Of a stretch of 42,292 nt of DNA, positions 15,928 to 24,576 are shown piece by piece. Location: IMG/VR virus record IMGVR_UViG_2651869755_000015, positions 1 through 42,292 of that record; one strand, 5' to 3'. The position numbers and the translations under genes are program-made. Positions within the stretch are counted from its first letter, which is position 1; the number at the start of each line of letters is the position of its first letter. The notes beneath the pieces were generated by a model, which saw only the letters and a list, made by a program, of their open reading frames with translations, had not been told where the DNA came from and searched no databases. Source of the DNA: a virus (lineage: Duplodnaviria; Heunggongvirae; Uroviricota; Caudoviricetes).

Positions 15928-17607
15928 ATGGCGGAAACAACTAAAGAGCGATTGAACAAACAGTTCGCACAACTTGAAAGCGAGCGTCAGTCGTTCGAGC
16001 CGCACTGGCGCGAGTTGAGTGATTACATCAACCCGCGTGGTTCCCGCTTTCTGACTTCTGAGGCCAACCGTAACGATCGGCGCAATACACGCATTATTGA
16101 TTCGACCGGGACTATGGCGGCGCGCACTCTCGCCAGCGGCATGATGTCAGGCATCACAAGCCCCGCGCGTCCGTGGTTTCGCCTGGCTACGCCAGATCCT
16201 GAAATGATGGATTATGGCCCTGTTAAGTTGTGGCTTGAGGCAGTTCAGAACCGCATGAACGATATGTTCAATAAGTCGAATCTCTACCAGTCTCTTCCGC
16301 AGTTATACGGAAGCCTCGGCACATACAGCACTGGTGCAATGGCAGTGCTGGAGGATGACGAGGACATCATTCGCACAATGCCATTCCCGATAGGCAGTTA
16401 CTACCTGGCTAACTCACCTCGTGGCAGTGTTGACACCTGTTTTCGCAAGTTCTCTATGACTGTTCGTCAGCTTGTTCAGGAGTTCGGGCTAAATAACGTC
16501 AGCGAATCCGTAAAAAGCATGTGGGAAAGCGGCACCTACGAGAAGTGGATCGAAGTGATGCATTCGGTTTACCCGAACATTGACCGCGATACATCGAAGC
16601 TGGATAGCAAGAACAAGCCATTCAAATCGGTTTATTACGAGGTTGGTGGAGATAACGACAAGTTGTTGCGTGAGTCCGGATTCGATGAGTTTCCAATTAT
16701 GGCTCCGCGCTGGGAAGTTAACGGCGAAGATGTTTATGGATCATCATGCCCGGGTATGCTGGCGCTTGGGCCTGTTAAGGCATTGCAGCTTCTCCAGAAG
16801 CGCAAGTCGCAGTTGATTGATAAAGCCACCAATCCGCCGATGGTTGCTCCGACTTCCCTCAAGAATCAGCGCGCCTCCCTTCTTCCTGGCGACATCACGT
16901 ATATCGATCAGATTACTGGTCAGGATGGCTTCAGGCCTGCTTATCTGGTTAACCCCAGTACAGCAGATTTGGTGGCAGACATTCAGGACACTCGTCAAAT
17001 CATTAACAGCGCCTACTTTGTCGATCTGTTCATGATGTTGCAGAACATCAATACCCGCTCGATGCCTGTTGAAGCGGTGATCGAAATGAAAGAAGAAAAA
17101 CTTCTGATGTTGGGGCCGGTTCTGGAGCGTCTGAACGACGAATGTCTTAATCCTCTCATTGACCGCGCTTTCTCGATGATGGTGCGCAAAAACATGCTGC
17201 CGCCACCGCCTGACGCGATGGAAGGCATGCCCCTGAAGGTCGAATACATTTCCGTCATGGCTCAGGCGCAGAAGTCTATCGGCCTGTCCAGTCTGGCGTC
17301 CACGGTTAACTTCATTGGTCAACTTGCGCAAGCGAAACCAGAAGCTCTCGACAAACTCAACGTTGATCAGGCGATCGATGCATTCGCTGATATGTCCGGA
17401 GTGTCTCCAACCGTCATTGTTCCGCAGGAACAGGTTGAGCAGGCTCGCCAGCAACGGGCACAGCAACAACAGCAGCAACAAATGATGGCGATGGGGATGG
17501 CGGCGGCACAGGGGGCCAAGACGCTAAGCGAAGCTAAAACTTCGGATCCGAGTGTGTTGTCAGCTATGGCGAATGCAGTTAGTGGTCAGGGTGGGCAATC
17601 ACAATGA
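15928..17607 (+). CDS. Portal (head-to-tail connector) protein, podovirus/T7-like
   Basis: 559 aa; Gln/Ala/Met-rich C-terminus (QQRAQQQQQQQMMAMGMAAAQGA) resembling the recalled T7 gp8 C-terminus; position after terminase. Confidence 0.8.
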   Translation: MAETTKERLNKQFAQLESERQSFEPHWRELSDYINPRGSRFLTSEANRNDRRNTRIIDSTGTMAARTLASGMMSGITSPARPWFRLATPDPEMMDYGPVKLWLEAVQNRMNDMFNKSNLYQSLPQLYGSLGTYSTGAMAVLEDDEDIIRTMPFPIGSYYLANSPRGSVDTCFRKFSMTVRQLVQEFGLNNVSESVKSMWESGTYEKWIEVMHSVYPNIDRDTSKLDSKNKPFKSVYYEVGGDNDKLLRESGFDEFPIMAPRWEVNGEDVYGSSCPGMLALGPVKALQLLQKRKSQLIDKATNPPMVAPTSLKNQRASLLPGDITYIDQITGQDGFRPAYLVNPSTADLVADIQDTRQIINSAYFVDLFMMLQNINTRSMPVEAVIEMKEEKLLMLGPVLERLNDECLNPLIDRAFSMMVRKNMLPPPPDAMEGMPLKVEYISVMAQAQKSIGLSSLASTVNFIGQLAQAKPEALDKLNVDQAIDAFADMSGVSPTVIVPQEQVEQARQQRAQQQQQQQMMAMGMAAAQGAKTLSEAKTSDPSVLSAMANAVSGQGGQSQ

Positions 17608-17900
17608 CAGATTACGAAGACGATCAACTGAAAGAAGAAAACGCCCGTAAGCAACGTGACATGGCGCAGCGTGAAATTGATGACATTCGCTTTGTCATGA
17701 GCAGTGAACAGGGGCGTCGCGTTGTCTGGTCGGTACTGGAGAAAGGCCGTGTGTTTTCCGCTATCTCACCGATGGACGCTATGGCAATGGCATTTAATGA
17801 GGGGCAACGCAATCTGGCGCTGGAACTGTTTCAGCGCGTTATGGCGCATTGCCCTGAACAGTATTTGAAGATGGCCAAAGAGGCCAGTGAACAGGAGTGA
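17604..17900 (+). CDS. Hypothetical head-assembly protein (98 aa)
   Basis: Small acidic ORF between portal and scaffold, 4-nt overlap with portal. Confidence 0.45.
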   Translation: MTDYEDDQLKEENARKQRDMAQREIDDIRFVMSSEQGRRVVWSVLEKGRVFSAISPMDAMAMAFNEGQRNLALELFQRVMAHCPEQYLKMAKEASEQE

Positions 17901-17902
17901 TC

Positions 17903-18598
17903 ATGAATTTATTTGAGCGTTTGCTGTATCGCCGTCTTTGCAATGAGCAACCAGTCGATGGTGGAGCAGCTCCGGCTGCGTCAGAACCGTCAGCGCCTGC
18001 AGGTGATAACCATGCTCCAGTTGGTGATCCATCACAACCGGAAGGTGATAAGTCACAACCTGTTGCTGATGGCGATAAACCGGCTGATGACAAAAATCCT
18101 GAAAACGATAAGCAGGATGAAAAAAAGGACGGCGATAAACCAGAGGGTGCGCCTGAGAAGTACGAGTTTCAGGCTGCCGAAGGCGTAGAGCTGGATACAG
18201 AAGCGTTGAAGGAATTCGAGCCGGTGGCGCGAGAACTAAACCTGACCAACGAGCAAGCGCAAAAGCTGGTTGATGCTTATCCGAAGATTCTGGCAGGTGT
18301 TCAGCAGCGCCAGGCAGAAGCCTGGCAGAAAACAACCGAGCAGTGGGCTGCGGATGTAAAAGCTGATAAAGAAATCGGTGGCGACAAGTTGATTTCTAAC
18401 CTTAGCGCCGCACAGCGTGCGCTTGACCAGTTCGGGACACCTGAACTCAAAGAATATCTGAACACCACCGGGCTGGGTAATCACCCTGATCTGGTCAAAA
18501 CGTTCGTGAAAATCGGAAAGGCGATGTCTGAAGATGGCATGGTCACCGGTGGTAATGAAGGCCAGCGTAGTGCGGCCGAAGTGCTCTATGGCAAATAA
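17903..18598 (+). CDS. Scaffolding protein
   Basis: ATG at 17903 after CAGGAG; highly acidic, Pro/Asp/Lys-rich, low-complexity N-terminal half and helical C-terminal half; located between portal and capsid. Confidence 0.6.
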   Translation: MNLFERLLYRRLCNEQPVDGGAAPAASEPSAPAGDNHAPVGDPSQPEGDKSQPVADGDKPADDKNPENDKQDEKKDGDKPEGAPEKYEFQAAEGVELDTEALKEFEPVARELNLTNEQAQKLVDAYPKILAGVQQRQAEAWQKTTEQWAADVKADKEIGGDKLISNLSAAQRALDQFGTPELKEYLNTTGLGNHPDLVKTFVKIGKAMSEDGMVTGGNEGQRSAAEVLYGK

Positions 18599-18612
18599 GA
18601 GAGGAAATAACA

Positions 18613-19599
18613 ATGGCTGTTAAAGGCTTAACTGCGCTAACGCTGGCTGACTGGGGTAAGCGCGTCGATCAAAACGGGAAAGTCGATAAGATTATCGAGC
18701 TTCTCGGTCAAACTAACCCGATCCTTCAGGATATGCCTTTTGTCGAAGGGAACCTTCCTACCGGACACCGAACCACCATTCGTTCTGGTTTACCTTCAGC
18801 TACCTGGCGTTTGCTGAACTATGGCGTACAGCCAAGCAAATCAACCACAGTGCAGGTAACCGATTCCGTTGGCATGCTGGAAACCTATGCTGAAGTCGAT
18901 AAGTCACTGGCTGATCTGAACGGTAATACCGCCGAATTCCGCCTGTCTGAAGACCGCGCATTTATTGAAGCGATGAATCAGCAGATGGCGCAGACGCTGT
19001 TTTATGGTGATTCCAGCGTTAACCCTCAGCAGTTTATGGGACTGTCCTCCCGCTATTCCAGCCTGTCTGCAGGTAATGCTCAGAACATCATTGATGCTGG
19101 TGGCACGGGTACAGATAACACCTCAATCTGGTTAGTAGTGTGGGGCGAAAACACCGTGCATGGCATCTTCCCGAAAGGGCAGAAGGCTGGCATCCAGATG
19201 GAAGATAAAGGCCAGGTGACACTGGAAGATGCGAATGGCGGCAAGTACGAAGGCTACCGTACCCATTACAAATGGGACAACGGACTTACTCTGCGTGACT
19301 GGCGTTATGTTGTTCGCATTGCAAACATCGATGTCAGAAATCTTTCAGAACCTTCCTCTGCCGCAAATATTGCGAAGTTGATGGTTAAAGCACTGCATCG
19401 CATTCCAAACCGTGGCATGGGTCGCCCGGTGTTCTACATGAACCGCACTGTAGGCCAGGCTCTTGATCTGCAGTCTCTGGAGAAAACATCTCTGGCGATT
19501 AGCGTAAAAGAGACTGAAGGCGAGTGGTGGACGTCATTCCGTGGTGTACCAATCCGTGAAACTGATGCGCTTCTGGAAACAGAAGCCCGCGTGGTGTAA
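18613..19599 (+). CDS. Major capsid protein
   Basis: 328 aa following scaffold; followed by stem-loop GTGGGTC/GACCCAC (about 19608-19629) as often seen after capsid genes. Confidence 0.75.
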   Translation: MAVKGLTALTLADWGKRVDQNGKVDKIIELLGQTNPILQDMPFVEGNLPTGHRTTIRSGLPSATWRLLNYGVQPSKSTTVQVTDSVGMLETYAEVDKSLADLNGNTAEFRLSEDRAFIEAMNQQMAQTLFYGDSSVNPQQFMGLSSRYSSLSAGNAQNIIDAGGTGTDNTSIWLVVWGENTVHGIFPKGQKAGIQMEDKGQVTLEDANGGKYEGYRTHYKWDNGLTLRDWRYVVRIANIDVRNLSEPSSAANIAKLMVKALHRIPNRGMGRPVFYMNRTVGQALDLQSLEKTSLAISVKETEGEWWTSFRGVPIRETDALLETEARVV

Positions 19600-19650
19600 C
19601 GCCTGTTATTAACCTGTGGGTCGTAACAGACCCACTAATGGAGAAAGAAG

Positions 19651-20088
19651 ATGATCACCGACAAACTGTTGATGTTCTCCGAAGCACAGGCGGTAACTGA
19701 TACCGCGGCTTCTACTGACGTAATCGATCTCGGTCCAATTGATGGAAACCGTCGCGATATCGGTGTGGGTTACCCGCTTGAGTTTTGGGGGCTGGTTAAC
19801 GAAGCCGCCACGGCAAGTGGTGAGGCAACTGTAAACATCCAGTTGCAGACGAGTGAGAATAACAGCTCTTGGACCACTATTTATGATAGTGGTGCGTTGG
19901 CAAAGGCCACCCTGACAGCAGGTAAGCGAGTTGTTTCTGCAAAGGTGCCAGCCGGTGTTCAGCGATATCTGCGTGTTAACTACTCCGTCGCAACTGGCCC
20001 ACTAACGGCCGGCAAATTCACTGCGGGTATCAGTCTGGATGTTGATGCCAATACGCCGTACCCGATCCGCTCAAAAGTAACTGGTTAA
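19651..20088 (+). CDS. Hypothetical virion protein (possible capsid decoration/accessory)
   Basis: 145 aa directly downstream of capsid gene with good Shine-Dalgarno (GGAGAAAG). Confidence 0.45.
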   Translation: MITDKLLMFSEAQAVTDTAASTDVIDLGPIDGNRRDIGVGYPLEFWGLVNEAATASGEATVNIQLQTSENNSSWTTIYDSGALAKATLTAGKRVVSAKVPAGVQRYLRVNYSVATGPLTAGKFTAGISLDVDANTPYPIRSKVTG

Positions 20089-20098
20089 GGTGATATCG

Positions 20099-20434
20099 AT
20101 GTCAGGTGAGAAACCAAGATACCGCGTTCTGCGCCTCTCTCATATCCATAACACACTGTGGCCGGAGGGGGCAGAAATCGAATACGAAGGTGAGCCTGGT
20201 AGCGCACTGGAACCTGTTAACGATGCAGCCAGACAGGCAAAAGCAAAGGTAGCAGGAAAGGTGTCTATGGCAGCAACCAGCACCAAAATCATCAACGATG
20301 TGTCAGATGATGGTGAACTGGATAAGCTCCGTGAAGAGTACGAATTGCTCTTTAACGAGAAGCCACACCATAACGCCAAAGCCGAAACGCTCCGCGAGAA
20401 GATCGCAGATAAGCGTAAAGAACTGGGCGTGTAA
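20099..20434 (+). CDS. Hypothetical protein (111 aa)
   Basis: ATG at 20099 (track starts at GTG 20090); followed by terminator. Confidence 0.4.
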   Translation: MSGEKPRYRVLRLSHIHNTLWPEGAEIEYEGEPGSALEPVNDAARQAKAKVAGKVSMAATSTKIINDVSDDGELDKLREEYELLFNEKPHHNAKAETLREKIADKRKELGV

Positions 20435-20450
20435 GCCTCGCGAATCAGAC

Positions 20451-20472
20451 AAGGGGCTTCGGCCCCTTTATT
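20451..20472 (+). terminator. Hairpin terminator after capsid module
   Basis: Stem AAGGGGC/GCCCCTT, loop TTCG, then TATT. Confidence 0.45.
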
Positions 20473-20490
20473 GCAGGAGTATAGAAACTT

Positions 20491-21096
20491 ATGGCCTCTG
20501 TAGTAGAGATCTGCAATCGTGCGCTGTCCAATATTGGCAACAGCCGCAGTATTAACAGCCTGACGGAAGCCAGCAAGGAAGCGGGGGAATGTTCGCTGCA
20601 CTTTGAGGCCTGCCGTGATGCTGTGCTTTCTGATTTTGACTGGAACTTTGCTACCAAACGCGTGGCGCTTGCAGATACGAACAATCCACCGCCTGACTGG
20701 GAATATGCGTACCAGTACCCGTCCGATTGTCTGCGCATTACTGAAATTATGCTTCCTGGTGTACGCAATCCAACAGCAGCAATGCGCGTTCAGTACGAAG
20801 TTGGTGCAGACACCAACGGAACAGGAAAGTTGATCTACACAGACCAGCCGCAGGCATGGCTCAAGTATGTATCTCGCGTTACAGATGTGAACATGTTTGA
20901 TGCCATTTTTATGGAGGCGTTGGCCTGGCGTCTTGCGGCAGCTATTAACATGGCGCTGACTGGGAATGCAGACCTCGGTACGTTTGCCCTCAATATGTAC
21001 AATCGCGTGATTCTTAGTGCTGGCTCGCATAGCCAGAATGAATCACAGGAACCACTGCCACCGGTTGACGAGTTTACCATTGCGAGGTTGTCCTGA
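20491..21096 (+). CDS. Tail tubular protein A-like / head-tail adaptor (T7 gp11-position)
   Basis: 201 aa preceding an 823-aa protein, mirroring the T7 gp11/gp12 size pair; weak direct similarity. Confidence 0.45.
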   Translation: MASVVEICNRALSNIGNSRSINSLTEASKEAGECSLHFEACRDAVLSDFDWNFATKRVALADTNNPPPDWEYAYQYPSDCLRITEIMLPGVRNPTAAMRVQYEVGADTNGTGKLIYTDQPQAWLKYVSRVTDVNMFDAIFMEALAWRLAAAINMALTGNADLGTFALNMYNRVILSAGSHSQNESQEPLPPVDEFTIARLS

Positions 21097-23567
21097 TGGC
21101 TATCAGTTGGATCCAGCCCAGCTTTGCCGGTGGTGAGATTGGACCGTCGTTGTACGGTCGTATTGACATGGCGAAGTACCAGGTGGCATTGCGCAAGTGC
21201 GATAACTTTATCGTGCGGCAGTATGGCGGAGTTGAGAATCGACCTGGTACGCGTTTTGTCGGTGCCGCCAAATACCCAAATCGGAAATGCCGCCTGATCC
21301 CGTTCCAGTTCTCGACGGTTCAGACTTATGCTCTGGAGTTCGGACACCAGTACATGCGCGTTATCAAAGATGGTGCGTTGGTGCTGAACAGCAGCAATGT
21401 TATTTATGAAATTTCCACGCCATATACTGAAGCCGATCTGTTCCGAATTAAATTCACGCAAAGCGCCGACGTGCTTACGCTTGTTCATCCGGCATACCCG
21501 CCGAAAGAGTTGCGTCGCTATGCGCATGACAACTGGCAACTGGTTGATGTGGTAACGAAGAACGGGCCATTTGAAGATATCAATATTGACGAGTCAGTGA
21601 CGGTTTATGCCAGCGCCAGCACCGGGACAATTACGTTAACGGCAAGCGCCTCTATTTTTGGCGCGGAGCAGGTAGGCAAATTGTTCTATCTGGAACAGCC
21701 TGCAGTGGATTCTGTGCCGGTATGGGAAACCAGTAAGAGTACGTCAATTGGCGATATTCGCCGTGCAGACAGTAACTACTATCGCGCCGTTACAGTAGGC
21801 AAAACAGGCACTTTGCGCCCTTCGCATACAGAAGGCACATCATGGGATGGCTGGGGCGGATCCGGTGATGATGATACCGGCATTGAGTGGGAGTATCTGC
21901 ACAGTGGTTTTGGCATTGCCCGTATCTCTGCTGCAAATGGAACTACTGCAACTGCCGAGGTGATTTCCTATATCCCTTCGCAGGTAGTTGGCGAGGATAA
22001 TGCCAGCTATAAATGGGCTAAATATGCCTGGAACAGTGTTAATGGTTATCCTGGCACTGTTGTTTATTATCAACAACGTCTTTACTTCGCCGCATCGACT
22101 GCGTTCCCTCAGACTATCTGGGCCAGCCGTACCGGGGATTATAAGGATTTTGGCAAAAGCAATCCTACGCAGGATGACGACAGAATTATCTACACCTATG
22201 CCGGGCGTCAGGTTAATGAGATCCGCCACCTGATTGATGTTGGTTCTCTGGTGGCGCTGACTTCCGGAGGTGAGTACGTCATCACCGGCGACCAGAACAA
22301 AGTGTTAACCCCATCATCATTTGCATTCAGCTCTCAGGGATCAAATGGCTCAAGCAACGTCCCGCCAATTGCCGTGGCGAATATTGCTCTGTTCGTCCAG
22401 GAGAAAGGCAGCGTTGTCCGTGATCTGGCCTACTCATTTGATGTTGACGGCTATCAGGGGAACGACCTGACCATCCTTGCCAATCATCTTTTTCAGAAGC
22501 ACAGCATTGTTGACTGGTGCTTCTCGATTGTCCCTTACTCCAGTGCCTTTTGCATTCGTGATGACGGTAAATTACTGGTGATGACCTATTTGCGTGATCA
22601 GCAGGTTTTTGCATGGGCACCACAATCCAGTACCGGAAAATATGAAAGCACATGCAGTATCAGCGAAGGCAATGAAGATGCGGTGTATTTCGTCGTTAAC
22701 CGAACCGTTAACGGGCAAACAGTGAGATACATCGAGCGACTGTCCAGCCGTTTATTTACCAGCGATGAAGATGCTTTCTTTGTTGATTCTGGCCTTAGCT
22801 ATGATGGAAGAAATACGTCTGACAGAACGATGATCATCACTGGTGGTTCTGGCGAATGGGATTACCGCGAGGAATATACAATCAGTGTTTCTGGTGGTGC
22901 GTACTTCACCAGTAGTGATATCGGTGCCCAACTACAGTTCCCTTATACCGGAATTGATCATGATACTGGCGATGAAGTGTCAAAAGAATTACGTTGCGAC
23001 ATCATTTCTGTAACCAGCAATACCGCTGTAGTGGTTCGTGCTAACAGGAACGTCCCGCCACCCCTCAGGAATGTGGCCACCACGAACTGGCAGATGGCGC
23101 GCCGGACATTTGGAGGCCTGTCTCATCTTGAAGGCCAGACCGTAAACATTCTCTCTGATGCGAACGTGGAACCACAGAAAGTTGTTTCCGGAGGTGCCGT
23201 CACGCTGGAATCTCCGGGGGCTGTTGTGCACATCGGCCTGCCAATAACTGCTGAATTCGAAACACTGGATATCAACATTAACGGACAGGAAATGCTGCTG
23301 GACAAAAAACAGGTGATCCCCTCCGTTACTCTGGTTGTGAATGCCAGTCGCGGCATCTGGGCGACTACGCCCGGCGGTAAATGGTACGAATATCCACAGC
23401 GTGAATTCGAGTTCTACGATGATCCTGTTGATGATGCTACCGGAAAAGTAGAAGTGAAACTGGACAGTAACTGGGGCAAAAACGGACGTGTAAAAATCCG
23501 TCAGCTTGATCCGTTGCCGCTGTCTGTTCTTGCCGTTATTCCTCGTCTTACTGTTGGGGGATTCTGA
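21096..23567 (+). CDS. Tail tubular protein B-like (large tail/nozzle protein)
   Basis: 823 aa; size and order as for T7 gp12; 1-nt overlap coupling with flanking genes. Confidence 0.5.
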   Translation: MAISWIQPSFAGGEIGPSLYGRIDMAKYQVALRKCDNFIVRQYGGVENRPGTRFVGAAKYPNRKCRLIPFQFSTVQTYALEFGHQYMRVIKDGALVLNSSNVIYEISTPYTEADLFRIKFTQSADVLTLVHPAYPPKELRRYAHDNWQLVDVVTKNGPFEDINIDESVTVYASASTGTITLTASASIFGAEQVGKLFYLEQPAVDSVPVWETSKSTSIGDIRRADSNYYRAVTVGKTGTLRPSHTEGTSWDGWGGSGDDDTGIEWEYLHSGFGIARISAANGTTATAEVISYIPSQVVGEDNASYKWAKYAWNSVNGYPGTVVYYQQRLYFAASTAFPQTIWASRTGDYKDFGKSNPTQDDDRIIYTYAGRQVNEIRHLIDVGSLVALTSGGEYVITGDQNKVLTPSSFAFSSQGSNGSSNVPPIAVANIALFVQEKGSVVRDLAYSFDVDGYQGNDLTILANHLFQKHSIVDWCFSIVPYSSAFCIRDDGKLLVMTYLRDQQVFAWAPQSSTGKYESTCSISEGNEDAVYFVVNRTVNGQTVRYIERLSSRLFTSDEDAFFVDSGLSYDGRNTSDRTMIITGGSGEWDYREEYTISVSGGAYFTSSDIGAQLQFPYTGIDHDTGDEVSKELRCDIISVTSNTAVVVRANRNVPPPLRNVATTNWQMARRTFGGLSHLEGQTVNILSDANVEPQKVVSGGAVTLESPGAVVHIGLPITAEFETLDININGQEMLLDKKQVIPSVTLVVNASRGIWATTPGGKWYEYPQREFEFYDDPVDDATGKVEVKLDSNWGKNGRVKIRQLDPLPLSVLAVIPRLTVGGF

Positions 23568-24031
23568 TGATCGATGTTCGAGTTATTCCCGCCACCGAAG
23601 AGCATCTTCAGATGATTTTGCCGGATGTTCGTCAGGCTGATATTGACGAACTGTATGCGGTATCGCTGATGACTACCGAAGATGCGCTGCGTGTTGGTCT
23701 TCGCACTGCGACTATGGCCTGGTCAGGGTTCGCGAACGGAGAACTGGTAACCATGTTTGGTGTATCTCCGGCGTCAATGATCGGTGGCAATGGTACACCC
23801 TGGCTGGTCGGAACCAGCCGTATTGAAAAATATCAGAAGACATTTCTTCGCCACTGCCGACCTGTATTGCAGCAGATGCTGGCAGTTTATCCGCGCCTGG
23901 AAAACTACGTCGACGAGCGAAACCATGTTGCCAAAGCATGGCTGCACTGGCTTGGATTCAGGCTTGAAGAAGCCGCGCCTTATGGTGCTCTTGGTCTTAA
24001 TTTCCACAGATTTCACATGGAGAGAAAATAA
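23567..24031 (+). CDS. Internal virion protein (gp13/14-position)
   Basis: 154 aa, coupled to neighbours; function by synteny only. Confidence 0.4.
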   Translation: MIDVRVIPATEEHLQMILPDVRQADIDELYAVSLMTTEDALRVGLRTATMAWSGFANGELVTMFGVSPASMIGGNGTPWLVGTSRIEKYQKTFLRHCRPVLQQMLAVYPRLENYVDERNHVAKAWLHWLGFRLEEAAPYGALGLNFHRFHMERK

Positions 24032-24576
24032 TGTGCGATCCGGTTATTGCTGGTGGCGCAATGCTCGCCATGAGTGGCATTCAGGCATACACCCAGTACC
24101 AACAGGGAAAGTATGCCTCGAAGGTTGCAGAAGCGAACGCAGATATAGCCACTGCTCAGGCAAATGATGCAATAAACAGAGGTAACGCTGAAGCTGAGCA
24201 ACGGCGCAGAGAGACCCGACAGCGGCTTGGTACTCAAGCGGCGACAATGGGGGCGACCGGCGCCGATTTATCTACCGGTAACGCGCTGGATATATTTGGC
24301 GACACTGCCCAGTTTGGCGCTCTTGATTCGCTGACGACGGTGAATAACGCGCAACGCGAGGCTTACGGTTATCAGGTTCAGGCTGCCAACTATAAAGCAG
24401 AAGCCAGTTCAGCCCGTAAACAGGGGAATGTGGGAGCAGCAACAACATTGCTCACTGCGCCTCTGAAGGCATACGGTGCGTACCAGATGTTTGGTGGGAC
24501 GTGGAGTCCGTTTACTCAAAGCACTCCTGCGCCAATCGGGGCAGCAGCAGGAACCAGATTACCCGGAGGATTATAA
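24031..24576 (+). CDS. Internal virion protein (Gly/Ala-rich)
   Basis: 181 aa, Ala/Gly/Gln-rich, TAATG coupling to next gene. Confidence 0.4.
   Translation: MCDPVIAGGAMLAMSGIQAYTQYQQGKYASKVAEANADIATAQANDAINRGNAEAEQRRRETRQRLGTQAATMGATGADLSTGNALDIFGDTAQFGALDSLTTVNNAQREAYGYQVQAANYKAEASSARKQGNVGAATTLLTAPLKAYGAYQMFGGTWSPFTQSTPAPIGAAAGTRLPGGL

Noticed and set aside
15691-15930. Duplicated initiation context CGGAGTCATTGA(T/A)ATG before both the 15707 ORF and the portal gene
   Set aside because: Real in the sequence, but most simply explained as a shared ribosome-binding region; too short to infer a duplication event.
16744-17481. 245-aa minus-strand ORF inside the portal gene
   Set aside because: Antisense to the portal coding sequence, His/Arg-rich low-complexity product, no independent support.
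20140-21539. Long minus-strand ORFs (20140-21030, 296 aa; 20835-21539, 234 aa) antisense to the tail protein genes
   Set aside because: Entirely antisense to well-supported, translationally coupled structural genes; Arg/Ser/Cys-rich composition typical of spurious ORFs in GC-balanced DNA; no ribosome-binding sites.
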